Positions 1 through 8,131 of a stretch of DNA of 64,000 nucleotides are shown here, in pieces. Within the stretch, counting starts at the first letter, position 1; each line of letters begins with the position of its first letter. Origin of the DNA: an uncultured Chromatiales bacterium. Its GTDB lineage: Bacteria > Bacteroidota > Ignavibacteria > SZUA-365 > CAYQST01. A program made the position numbers and the translations under genes. The notes below the pieces were generated by a model. The model was not told where the DNA came from, made no database searches, and saw only the letters and a program-made list of their open reading frames with translations. The DNA lies in contig CAYQST010000010.1 of assembly GCA_964420295.1 (NCBI GenBank), forward strand, positions 6,554 through 70,553. Direction: 5' to 3'.

Positions 1-2
1 CG

Positions 3-449
3 GACTCCACCTCCCTCAAGGTGGGCGACGGGGTGAGCCGCACCTGGTTCGGCGTCGAGGCTCAGGTGTACTGGGACTTTCTCGGCGGTATGAAGATCAT
101 GGGCGAGTACATCATGGGCAGCGACGTGGATGAGTTCAAGGCCAACACCGCCATCCGCAAACGGGATTTCAACGGCTTCTACGTGTACCTGATCAAGAAC
201 CTCGGCACGGATTTCCAGCTCGCACTCAAGTACGACTCCTTCAATCCCAACACCAAGATCGACGAAAACAAGAAGGACGCCTCCGGCGAACTCAAGATCG
301 ACACCTTCGGCTTTGGTCTGCACAACTACACCTTCACGAACATTCGTCTCACGCTCTGGTACGACATGATCACCACCCAGACGAACGACCTGTTCAAGAA
401 CGATCCCGTCGACAACCTGCTCACCTTCCGCGCCCAGTACAAATTCTGA
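3..449 (+). CDS. Outer-membrane porin, probably phosphate-selective (OprO/OprP-like); 5' end lies outside the window
   Basis: Frame is open from the window edge; alternating beta-strand pattern; C-terminal FRAQYKF ends in the aromatic residue typical of outer-membrane barrels; sits directly before pstS. Confidence 0.65.
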   Translation, partial: DSTSLKVGDGVSRTWFGVEAQVYWDFLGGMKIMGEYIMGSDVDEFKANTAIRKRDFNGFYVYLIKNLGTDFQLALKYDSFNPNTKIDENKKDASGELKIDTFGFGLHNYTFTNIRLTLWYDMITTQTNDLFKNDPVDNLLTFRAQYKF

Positions 450-492
450 TCCGACCTTTTCACGACACGACATCAAGCAAGGTAGATATCCC

Positions 493-1311
493 ATGAAAAG
501 AACGTTCACTCACCTGTTCCTTCTCGCCGGACTCGCCGTTCTCGTTCTGAGCGGATTTAGCGCGGTGGAGAAAATCACGGTCAAGGGTTCCGACACAATG
601 GTCATTCTGGCCCAGCGCTGGGCCGAGCGCTACATGAGCAAGAACTCCGGCGTCGCCATCCAGGTGACCGGGGGCGGCTCGGGCACGGGCATCTCGGCCC
701 TCATCAACGGCACCACGGACATCTGCAACGCCTCCCGTCCGATGAAGTCCTCCGAAATCAAGAAGCTGAAAGAGCGCTTCGGCTCGATGGGCGTGGAAAT
801 TCCCTGTGCCAAGGACGGACTCTCGATCTACGTCAGCGAATCCAATCCCGTCAAGGATCTCACGGTGCAGCAGATCCGTGACATCTACACCAGCAGGATC
901 ACGAACTGGAAGGACGTGGGCGGCAACGACGCGAAAATCGTGCTGTACAGCCGCGAGAACAATTCCGGTACCTACGTGTACTTCAAGGACAACGTGCTCA
1001 AGGGCGCGGACTACGCCCCGTCCTGCCAGAACCTGCCCGGCACCGCGGCCGTGGTGAATGCCGTGTCCAAGGACAAGAACGGCATCGGCTACGGCGGAGC
1101 TGCCTACGGCAAGGGCATTCGCGAAGTGAAGGTGAACGGCTATGCGCCCACCAAGGAAAACGTGATGAACGGGAAATACCCCATCACCCGCTATCTGTAC
1201 ATGTACCTGCGCAACAAGCCCACGGGCGAGATGAAGAAGTATATCGACTGGATCCTGAGCAGTGAGGGCCAGTCCGTCGTCTCCGAAGTCGGGTACTTCC
1301 CCGTCCGTTGA
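493..1311 (+). CDS. pstS: Phosphate ABC transporter substrate-binding protein
   Basis: Signal peptide, then ITVKGSDT, GGGSGTG and SRENNSGT PstS motifs. Confidence 0.95.
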   Translation: MKRTFTHLFLLAGLAVLVLSGFSAVEKITVKGSDTMVILAQRWAERYMSKNSGVAIQVTGGGSGTGISALINGTTDICNASRPMKSSEIKKLKERFGSMGVEIPCAKDGLSIYVSESNPVKDLTVQQIRDIYTSRITNWKDVGGNDAKIVLYSRENNSGTYVYFKDNVLKGADYAPSCQNLPGTAAVVNAVSKDKNGIGYGGAAYGKGIREVKVNGYAPTKENVMNGKYPITRYLYMYLRNKPTGEMKKYIDWILSSEGQSVVSEVGYFPVR

Positions 1312-1335
1312 TCGATACCGTTATCCATCACACAA

Positions 1336-1379
1336 GGCGGACGTGCGCTCTCTCCGGGGAGTGCACGTTTCGCCGTTTT
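1336..1379 (+). terminator. Long stem-loop between pstS and pstC (partial terminator or mRNA-stabilising hairpin)
   Basis: GGCGGACGTGCGCTC pairs imperfectly with GAGTGCACGTTTCGCC, followed by GTTTT. Confidence 0.6.
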
Positions 1380-1401
1380 CCCTCGTTGACCCACATCACA
1401 C

Positions 1402-2721
1402 ATGAGCATGGACATCCCAGATTACACTGACGCCCTTCAACCCGAAGACGGGGATGCCGAACGGCGAGGGCCGGAAAAGGACTACACTCCGGTCAACCGC
1501 TTTCTCGTGCACAAGCCCCTGACCTACGGCAAGAAAATCTACATCGGCGAATTCCTCACCGAACGCTTCGTGCAGGCCATCGCCTTCCTTTCCATCGCCG
1601 CCATCCTCGCGATTTTCTACTACGTGTTTCAGGAATCCACCTGGGCCTTTCGCGGCAAGGAGGAGTCCGTCGCTGTGGCACCCACCTCGGGCGGCAAGAG
1701 CGAAGAGGAATCCCTGAAGTCAGAAACCTACGATCCGGGTCCCACCAGCGAAGGTGAAGCCCTGAAGCCGGAGACCTACGGCCCGGCCCCGGTCGCCGTT
1801 CCTGAGGAGGAGGCCCTGAAGCCGGAATCCTATGGTGCCCCGGTGGCAGAGCCGAGCGCGACAGCCGCCTCCTCCCTGGACGAGGGACGGGAGGCCAGCC
1901 AGTCCCTGGAATCCTCCGGTAACGACACGCCCGTCACGGCTCGTCAGCTCCTGTCGCCCAACGACACCATCGACGGGGAGCCCCGCTACATCTGGCAGCC
2001 CATCGGGCAGGTGCCGAAGTACAGTTTCATCCCACTCTTCGTCGGTGCCCTGAAGGTCACCCTGATCGCCTTGCTGATCGCCGCACCCCTGGCCATCCTT
2101 GCGGCCATCTTCACCGTGGCCTTCGCGCCCCGGTGGATTCGAGAGATCATGAAGCCCGCCATCGAGATTCTCGCGGGCTTTCCCTCGGTGGTCATCGGCT
2201 TCTTTGCACTGATGACCCTGGCCACGGTGATTCAGCAATGGACGGGCGCGGAATACCGACTCAACTCCTTCGTGGGCGGAGTGGGCATGGCTCTGGCGGT
2301 GATCCCCATCATCTACACGGTGACCGAGGACGCCCTGTCGGCGGTGCCGAAGTTCATGAAGGAAGCCAGTCTCGCTCTCGGCGCCTCGCGCTGGCAAACG
2401 GCCTGGCGCGTGCTGCTCCCCGCCGCCACCCCGGGCGTCTTCGCCGCGGTGATCCTCGGCTTCGGGCGGGCCTTCGGCGAAACCATGATCGCCCTGATGG
2501 CCACCGGCAACGCGGCCCTCACCTCCTTCGATCTTTTCGAATCCGTGCGCACCATGTCGGCCACCATCGGGGCCGAAATGGCGGAGGTGGAATTCCACAG
2601 CGTCCACTACGGCATCCTCTTCCTCATCGGATCGGTGCTCTTCGTGGTGACCTTCTCCCTCAACGCGCTCGCGGAATTCTACGTGCGCAATCGTCTTCTC
2701 AAACGGTTTCAGGGGAAATAA
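1402..2721 (+). CDS. pstC: Phosphate ABC transporter permease PstC with a periplasmic repeat insert
   Basis: EILAGFPSVVIG, EASLALGASRWQT and GRAFGETM permease motifs. Confidence 0.93.
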   Translation: MSMDIPDYTDALQPEDGDAERRGPEKDYTPVNRFLVHKPLTYGKKIYIGEFLTERFVQAIAFLSIAAILAIFYYVFQESTWAFRGKEESVAVAPTSGGKSEEESLKSETYDPGPTSEGEALKPETYGPAPVAVPEEEALKPESYGAPVAEPSATAASSLDEGREASQSLESSGNDTPVTARQLLSPNDTIDGEPRYIWQPIGQVPKYSFIPLFVGALKVTLIALLIAAPLAILAAIFTVAFAPRWIREIMKPAIEILAGFPSVVIGFFALMTLATVIQQWTGAEYRLNSFVGGVGMALAVIPIIYTVTEDALSAVPKFMKEASLALGASRWQTAWRVLLPAATPGVFAAVILGFGRAFGETMIALMATGNAALTSFDLFESVRTMSATIGAEMAEVEFHSVHYGILFLIGSVLFVVTFSLNALAEFYVRNRLLKRFQGK

Positions 2722-2723
2722 CC

Positions 2724-4013
2724 ATGGCCCATCCACACGCTCGACGTACCCTGTTCGCGGCCATCGGACTCGTTCTTCTCGGACTGTCCCTGCTCGCTCT
2801 CTTTTCCCTCTTCCTGCCTTGGTACGGTTCCTTCGCCTGCATCGCGGCCCTGGCCGCCGCGGGCACCTATGGGTACAGGCGGCTGACCATACACACCAAG
2901 CGCATGCTGAGCGAGAACATCTTCATCCTGATCTCGGGCATAGCGGCCTTCGCCATCGTCATCTTCGTCGTCTACCTGCTCCTGCACATCTTTCTCGAAG
3001 GTCGGTCCATGCTGAGCTGGAGCTTTCTGACCTCCGATCCTGCGGAAGGACTCACCGAGGGCGGCATCTTTCCGGCCATCATCGGCACGGCCCTGCTGGT
3101 GATCATCATGTCCCTGGCGGGAGTCCCCGTCGGCACCATCACCGCGATCTACCTCACCGAATACGCCAGTGAAAAATCCCTCATCGCCCGCTTTATCCGC
3201 TTCGCGGTGAACACCCTGGCGGGAGTACCCGCCATCGTGTTCGGACTCTTCGGGCTCGGATTCTTTATCGGCACCGTTGGGAAATCGATGGATGCCTGGG
3301 AATTCAACGCCCGCTCCGATCGCATGGAGCAGCTCTTCACCTCGGCCGCGAGTCCCTTCGCCGACGATGGCCGGGCCAGCGTGGAGGAGCTGCGTCGCCT
3401 CTTTACCGCAGACGATGGCACGTATTGGAGCGAGCAGATCCAGGGGTTGAAAATCCTCGAAGAAATCCACGGCGTCGAATCCATGCCGAAGGCGACGGTC
3501 ACTCAGTATTACACCGAGGCCCGGCGCCCGAAATGGGGCCAGCCGGCTCTCATTTGGGCGGCCCTCACCATGGCCCTGCTCACGCTTCCGGTGGTGATCG
3601 TCTCGGTGGAGGAGGCCATCAAGGCCGTGCCCCGGGATCTGCGCGAAGCCAGTCTCGCCCTGGGCGCGACGAAGTGGATGACCATCGTGCGGGTGGTGAT
3701 TCCCGGCTCCCTCACCGGCATCCTCACCGGGGGCATCCTCGCGGTGAGTCGCGGTGCGGGAGAGGTGGCGCCGATCCTCTTTACGGGAGCGGCGTACTAC
3801 CTGCCCGAACTGCCCCATTCCCTGTCCTCGCAATTCATGGAACTCGGCTATCACATCTACGTGCTCACCACCCAATCCACGAACGTGGAAGCCACCAAGC
3901 CCTTGCAGTACGCCACCACCTTCGTCCTTCTCATTCTCACCTTCACGCTGAATTTCTCGGCCATCTTCCTGCGCTCCCGGGTGCGGGCCCGGCTCAACCG
4001 AATCGGCAATTAA
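2724..4013 (+). CDS. pstA: Phosphate ABC transporter permease PstA
   Basis: ATG 2 nt after the pstC stop; GGIFPAIIGT, LAGVPAIVFGLFG and EASLALGATKW motifs. Confidence 0.93.
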   Translation: MAHPHARRTLFAAIGLVLLGLSLLALFSLFLPWYGSFACIAALAAAGTYGYRRLTIHTKRMLSENIFILISGIAAFAIVIFVVYLLLHIFLEGRSMLSWSFLTSDPAEGLTEGGIFPAIIGTALLVIIMSLAGVPVGTITAIYLTEYASEKSLIARFIRFAVNTLAGVPAIVFGLFGLGFFIGTVGKSMDAWEFNARSDRMEQLFTSAASPFADDGRASVEELRRLFTADDGTYWSEQIQGLKILEEIHGVESMPKATVTQYYTEARRPKWGQPALIWAALTMALLTLPVVIVSVEEAIKAVPRDLREASLALGATKWMTIVRVVIPGSLTGILTGGILAVSRGAGEVAPILFTGAAYYLPELPHSLSSQFMELGYHIYVLTTQSTNVEATKPLQYATTFVLLILTFTLNFSAIFLRSRVRARLNRIGN

Positions 4014-4037
4014 TCAGAACTCACACAGCACCGACGC

Positions 4038-4796
4038 ATGAAAGAGATCAAAATTTCCACCAAGGATCTGAACCTGTTCTACGGAAGTAACCAGGCGCTC
4101 AAAAACATCTCCGTGGACATCTACAAAAACCGGGTGACGGCCTTCATCGGACCCTCGGGCTGCGGGAAGTCCACCTTCCTCCGCTCCCTCAATCGCATGA
4201 ACGACCTCATCGACAGTGCCCGGATCACGGGCCTGGTCGAAATCGACGGCCTGAACATCTACGACAAGAACATCGACGTGGTGCAGCTCCGCAAACGCAT
4301 CGGGATGGTGTTCCAGAAGTCCAATCCCTTCCCGAAATCCATCTACGACAACGTGGCCTACGGCCCCCGCGTCAATGGCCAGCGGGATCGCAAAGCCCTG
4401 GACGAGGTGGTGGAGCAGAGTCTGATGCGCGCCGCCATTTGGGACGAGGTAAAGGATCGCCTCCACGATTCGGCCCTCGGTCTCTCGGGCGGCCAGCAGC
4501 AGCGTCTTTGTATTGCCCGCAGTCTTGCGGTCAATCCCGACATCCTGCTGATGGACGAACCGGCCAGCGCCCTCGATCCCATCAGCACGGCCAAGATCGA
4601 AGAACTCATCTTCGAGCTCAAGGATCACTACACCATCGTGATCGTCACCCACAACATGCAGCAGGCGGCCCGGGTCAGCGACTATACCGCCTTCTTCTAC
4701 CTCGGCGAACTGATCGAATACGACAAGACCCGTATTATCTTTACCCGTCCCGGCAAGAAGCAGACCGAAGAATACGTCACCGGCCGTTTCGGCTGA
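4038..4796 (+). CDS. pstB: Phosphate ABC transporter ATP-binding protein
   Basis: Walker [33 protein letters not shown]-terminal YVTGRFG. Confidence 0.97.
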   Translation: MKEIKISTKDLNLFYGSNQALKNISVDIYKNRVTAFIGPSGCGKSTFLRSLNRMNDLIDSARITGLVEIDGLNIYDKNIDVVQLRKRIGMVFQKSNPFPKSIYDNVAYGPRVNGQRDRKALDEVVEQSLMRAAIWDEVKDRLHDSALGLSGGQQQRLCIARSLAVNPDILLMDEPASALDPISTAKIEELIFELKDHYTIVIVTHNMQQAARVSDYTAFFYLGELIEYDKTRIIFTRPGKKQTEEYVTGRFG

Positions 4797-4835
4797 TCCA
4801 TCCTTCTCGCTTTCATCACCATTCTCAGTACCGAC

Positions 4836-5510
4836 ATGGCCGAATACCATATTCTCCACAACATCGACGAAGAACTCGAAAAACTGAAAACCCGTCTCAT
4901 CCGCATGGGCTCCATCGTGCAGGAACAGGTGGAACTGGCCCTGAAGGCCCTCGACACCGGCAACACCGAAATCGCCGCCCTCGTCATCGAACGGGACGAG
5001 AAGGTGGACAAACTCGACATCAAGATCGATCGACAGTGCATGCAGCTCTTCGCCCTGCAGCAGCCAGTGGCCAACGATCTGCGCCTCATCATGTCCAGTC
5101 TCTCCATCAACAACAATCTCGAGCGGATTGGGGACCTGGCCGTCAACGTGGCCGAACGCGTGGAACCCCTCCACACGCACCTCGATATCGTCTCCCGATC
5201 GGGCATCGTCGCGATGGGCGGACTGGGGTACGAGATGGTGTCGGGCGCCATCGACGCCTTCATCAACGCCGACATCGACCTGGCCCGCTCCCTGGTGAAA
5301 CGGGATACCGAAATCGATATGCTCGATCGCAAGATGTTTCAGGACCTCACCACCATGATGAGCACCGATCCCGCCCTCGTACTTCCGGGCTCCCACCTGA
5401 TGCTCATCAGCCGCAACATTGAACGCCTCGCCGACCAGGCCACCAACATTTGCGAGGAAGTCCTCTTTCTCGTCGAGGCCGAGATCGTGCGTCACCGACA
5501 GATCGACTGA
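4836..5510 (+). CDS. phoU: Phosphate signalling complex protein PhoU
   Basis: Two PhoU repeats (LERIGDLAVN, IERLADQATNICE); follows pstB. Confidence 0.95.
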   Translation: MAEYHILHNIDEELEKLKTRLIRMGSIVQEQVELALKALDTGNTEIAALVIERDEKVDKLDIKIDRQCMQLFALQQPVANDLRLIMSSLSINNNLERIGDLAVNVAERVEPLHTHLDIVSRSGIVAMGGLGYEMVSGAIDAFINADIDLARSLVKRDTEIDMLDRKMFQDLTTMMSTDPALVLPGSHLMLISRNIERLADQATNICEEVLFLVEAEIVRHRQID

Positions 5511-5550
5511 GAGCCCGGAAAAGGGGACCGCGTCACCACGCCACCCTCGT

Positions 5551-5577
5551 TGCAACAAAGAACGACGGGCCTGCGTA
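5551..5577 (+). promoter_or_regulatory. Candidate ECF-sigma promoter for the pspC operon
   Basis: TGCAAC-N17-CGTA 46 nt upstream of pspC, matching the generic ECF AAC...CGT pattern. Confidence 0.35.
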
Positions 5578-5623
5578 GGCCCTCGGTGAATTCTCCCCAT
5601 AGGAAAAGCGACGAGGTACGTGT

Positions 5624-6067
5624 ATGACGCAGAGATTGTATCGCAAACGGAACGACAAGGTAGTGGCAGGCGTGGCGGCGGGACTGGGTGAGTATTTCGA
5701 TGTGGATCCGGTGTTCATTCGTCTCGTGTTCGTGCTTCTGGCCTTCATTCACGGACTCGGAATCCTCGCCTACATCGTGCTCTGGATTCTGGTGCCGGCT
5801 CGGGAATCAACCTACGCGATGAATCCCCCGGTGGCCGATGTCTCGATGCCCCCTGCCCCCGCGACGCGCAAGGGTGGTGGACAACTGATGAGCCGGGTTC
5901 TGGGCATCATCTTCATCGTGCTTGGAGGACTGTTTCTACTGGATAATCTGGTGGACTGGTTGCCGATCGACGATCTGTGGCCGATTTTGTTGATCGTCCT
6001 GGGCGTGGTGATTCTCCTGGGATCGAAGAAGGAACACGGTCAATCCGGTCAGGAGGTGCTGTCATGA
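5624..6067 (+). CDS. PspC domain membrane protein with C-terminal TM hairpin (LiaI/DUF5668-like)
   Basis: RLYRKRNDKVVAGVAAGLGEYFDVDPVFIRL is the PspC signature. Confidence 0.9.
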   Translation: MTQRLYRKRNDKVVAGVAAGLGEYFDVDPVFIRLVFVLLAFIHGLGILAYIVLWILVPARESTYAMNPPVADVSMPPAPATRKGGGQLMSRVLGIIFIVLGGLFLLDNLVDWLPIDDLWPILLIVLGVVILLGSKKEHGQSGQEVLS

Positions 6068-6984
6068 AACGCGGATCGATTTTCTGGGGCATTCTGATGG
6101 TGGTGTTTGGCAGCCTTTTTCTTATCAACAACACCATCGGTTTCGCCTGGGACTGGAGCGGGGTGTGGGCCTGGTGGCCCCTGGTGCTGATTGCGCTCGG
6201 CGTGAGCATGTTCTTCAAGGGCGAAAAATGGAGCTGGGCGGGATATGGATTCGCCGCCACTCTGTTCGGCGTGATGCTGTTCGCCCTCTTCCATCGCGGC
6301 TGCAATGTGGGCGATCACGAAAGCTCCCTCGCGGGGCGGCAGACGGTCACGCAGAAAATGGATGTGCCCTTCGACTCCGCCGTGCGTACGGCCTCCCTGT
6401 CGATCTCGATGGGGGCCGGCACCCTCGTGCTTCGCGATACCACCTTGCCCTTGTTCGCGGTGGATGCCCGTAGCAGCGTGGGACGGTACGAACTAACCCG
6501 TGAAATCCTCGGAGACAAGGCCACCCTTCAGTTGTTCATGGAAGACAACCACGTCTCCTGGAAGGGCGGCAAACTCAACAACGCCGTATTGCTTGGATTG
6601 AACACCGCCCCGGCCTGGGATGTGGATCTCGATATCGGCGCGGCGGAGGCCGATCTGGATTTTTCGAAAGTGAAGCTCACCACCCTGTCCCTCGACGCCG
6701 GAGCCGCTTCCATCAAGGTGCGCCTGGGCGAACAGATGCAGGATGCCGACGTGTCGATGGACGTGGGCGCCTCCAACGTGGTGATCTATCTGCCCGAATC
6801 CCTCGGCTGTGAGGTCGAATCCCAAACGGCCCTCGCGTCAACGTTCTTCGAAGGCATGACAGAGGAATCCGAAGGACGCTATGTCTCACCCAATTACCAC
6901 TCCGCGCCCCACAAAGTGCGCATGCGGATCGATGGCGGGGTGTCGAGCATCAAGGTGAAGCGCTACAGTGGCAAGGATTTCTGA
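6064..6984 (+). CDS. LiaF-like membrane protein (four TM helices plus a C-terminal beta-rich domain)
   Basis: ATGA overlap with pspC; IFWGILMVVFG...WWPLVLIALG N-terminus; repeated xDxGAxxxxL beta strands. Confidence 0.7.
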   Translation: MKRGSIFWGILMVVFGSLFLINNTIGFAWDWSGVWAWWPLVLIALGVSMFFKGEKWSWAGYGFAATLFGVMLFALFHRGCNVGDHESSLAGRQTVTQKMDVPFDSAVRTASLSISMGAGTLVLRDTTLPLFAVDARSSVGRYELTREILGDKATLQLFMEDNHVSWKGGKLNNAVLLGLNTAPAWDVDLDIGAAEADLDFSKVKLTTLSLDAGAASIKVRLGEQMQDADVSMDVGASNVVIYLPESLGCEVESQTALASTFFEGMTEESEGRYVSPNYHSAPHKVRMRIDGGVSSIKVKRYSGKDF

Positions 6985-7004
6985 TCTCGAACGAATGCGA
7001 AATG

Positions 7005-7037
7005 AAAAGGGGCGACTCCACGGTCGCCCTTTTTTTT
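7005..7037. terminator. Bidirectional intrinsic terminator
   Basis: AAAAGGGGCGAC-TCCACG-GTCGCCCTTTTTTTT between convergent genes. Confidence 0.85.
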
Positions 7038-7055
7038 CATGCACGGGATGGGAGA

Positions 7056-7169
7056 TCAGATGACGCCGAGAAATTTCAACGCCACGATCACGATGCCGAG
7101 GCCCATGGCGCCGGCAACGAGAAGTAATTCCACCGGCACCTTGCCGGAGCGTTCCTTGGATTCAGCCAT
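7056..7169 (-). CDS. 37-aa single-TM small protein, absent from the ORF track: MAESKERSGKVPVELLLVAGAMGLGIVIVALKFLGVI
   Basis: Hand translation; charged N-terminus plus a hydrophobic segment of about 22 aa; host-like codons; ends just before the bidirectional terminator. Confidence 0.7.
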   Translation of the reverse strand: MAESKERSGKVPVELLLVAGAMGLGIVIVALKFLGVI

Positions 7170-7202
7170 GATGGTTTCCGTCTGGTTGGTGAAACGAGAG
7201 GT

Positions 7203-7232
7203 GAGAAAAGAGTCCGGATGGAAATCCGGGAC
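7203..7232 (-). terminator. Terminator-like hairpin between the RAPP ORF and the small ORF
   Basis: Minus strand reads GTCCCGGAT-TTCC-ATCCGGAC followed by TCTTTTCTC. Confidence 0.55.
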
Positions 7233-7241
7233 GCGGGCGTT

Positions 7242-7592
7242 TCAGACCAGAACGGGAGGAGCTCGCGGCGGAGCGCCGGGGACATCGGGAGGGAGGGGAA
7301 GGAGAGGAGAGAAAGGGCGTACATGAATGCGAAGTCGCGCGGGTGGCGATGGCCGTCGCGCAAGCGAGCGGTGTGCCACCACGGGGCGGGATTCTTCCTG
7401 CCTCTGGTCGACGGCCGCCAGGTCCCGCTCGATGACATCGCGGCCAGGGCCTCGCTGCATCGGAGGGAGAAAGGGCGGGAGGGTCGAAAGGGTGCATTCG
7501 CGGGGATCACCGGAGCCGCCGCCCAGGGTTGGCAGGCGGAATTCCGCCAGCAGGGCCAGGATGACGAACAGTATGAGTCCGGTGCGCTTCAT
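7242..7592 (-). CDS. 116-aa exported Pro/Arg-rich protein ending in a RAPP motif; candidate ribosome-arrest leader
   Basis: N-terminal MKRTGLILFVILALLA signal/TM segment; C-terminus ...PGAPPRAPPVLV*. Confidence 0.65.
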   Translation of the reverse strand: MKRTGLILFVILALLAEFRLPTLGGGSGDPRECTLSTLPPFLPPMQRGPGRDVIERDLAAVDQRQEESRPVVAHRSLARRPSPPARLRIHVRPFSPLLPLPPDVPGAPPRAPPVLV

Positions 7593-7700
7593 GCACTCAA
7601 GCTAGAAAATCTTCCCGCAAATGCAAGACGAATCCTTCTCCCGCACGAGGCCGCGGTGTTATATTTCCGCCAACACACGCATCAGACCCGCGAGCCACGC

Positions 7701-8120
7701 ATGGATCATTACATCATCGGGAAAAAGGATCTGGACAATCTTCTCCACATACTCGGTCTCCTGAAACCGGGAGAAAAACTTACCTATGTGGACAATCTCT
7801 CTCTGATCGATCAGAGTCGGGATCAGGTGGGGTTGGGCGTGTGCTCCTCCGAGGAAGCAGTGCCCCTGGGGTCCGATCATGCCCTGCTCACCGATCAGCA
7901 ATTGAAGTATCTGTTCATCCGTATCGCTTCCCTAGAACTGATGCTGCATCAGCAAAAGGGGATGTTGAAAAAGGAAATGGAAAAGGTGCTGGACGAGATG
8001 GAGAAACGCTCCCTGTCCCACCCCGCCACCGAGGATACCCTGCCCCCCGAGATCCAGATTCAGCTGGATGAAGAAATCTCCCGCATCCTGTCCGGCGATT
8101 CCGACCGCGATGAGGACTGA
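7701..8120 (+). CDS. Hypothetical protein, 139 aa, acidic C-terminus
   Basis: Host-like codon use from ATG 7701; ends 11 nt before the next gene. Confidence 0.65.
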   Translation: MDHYIIGKKDLDNLLHILGLLKPGEKLTYVDNLSLIDQSRDQVGLGVCSSEEAVPLGSDHALLTDQQLKYLFIRIASLELMLHQQKGMLKKEMEKVLDEMEKRSLSHPATEDTLPPEIQIQLDEEISRILSGDSDRDED

Positions 8121-8131
8121 TCCTCCACATC

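Noticed and set aside
7218-7700. N-terminal extension of the 7218-8120 ORF
   Set aside because: It is antisense to the RAPP ORF, sORF leader and promoter region; protein-like sequence begins at ATG 7701.
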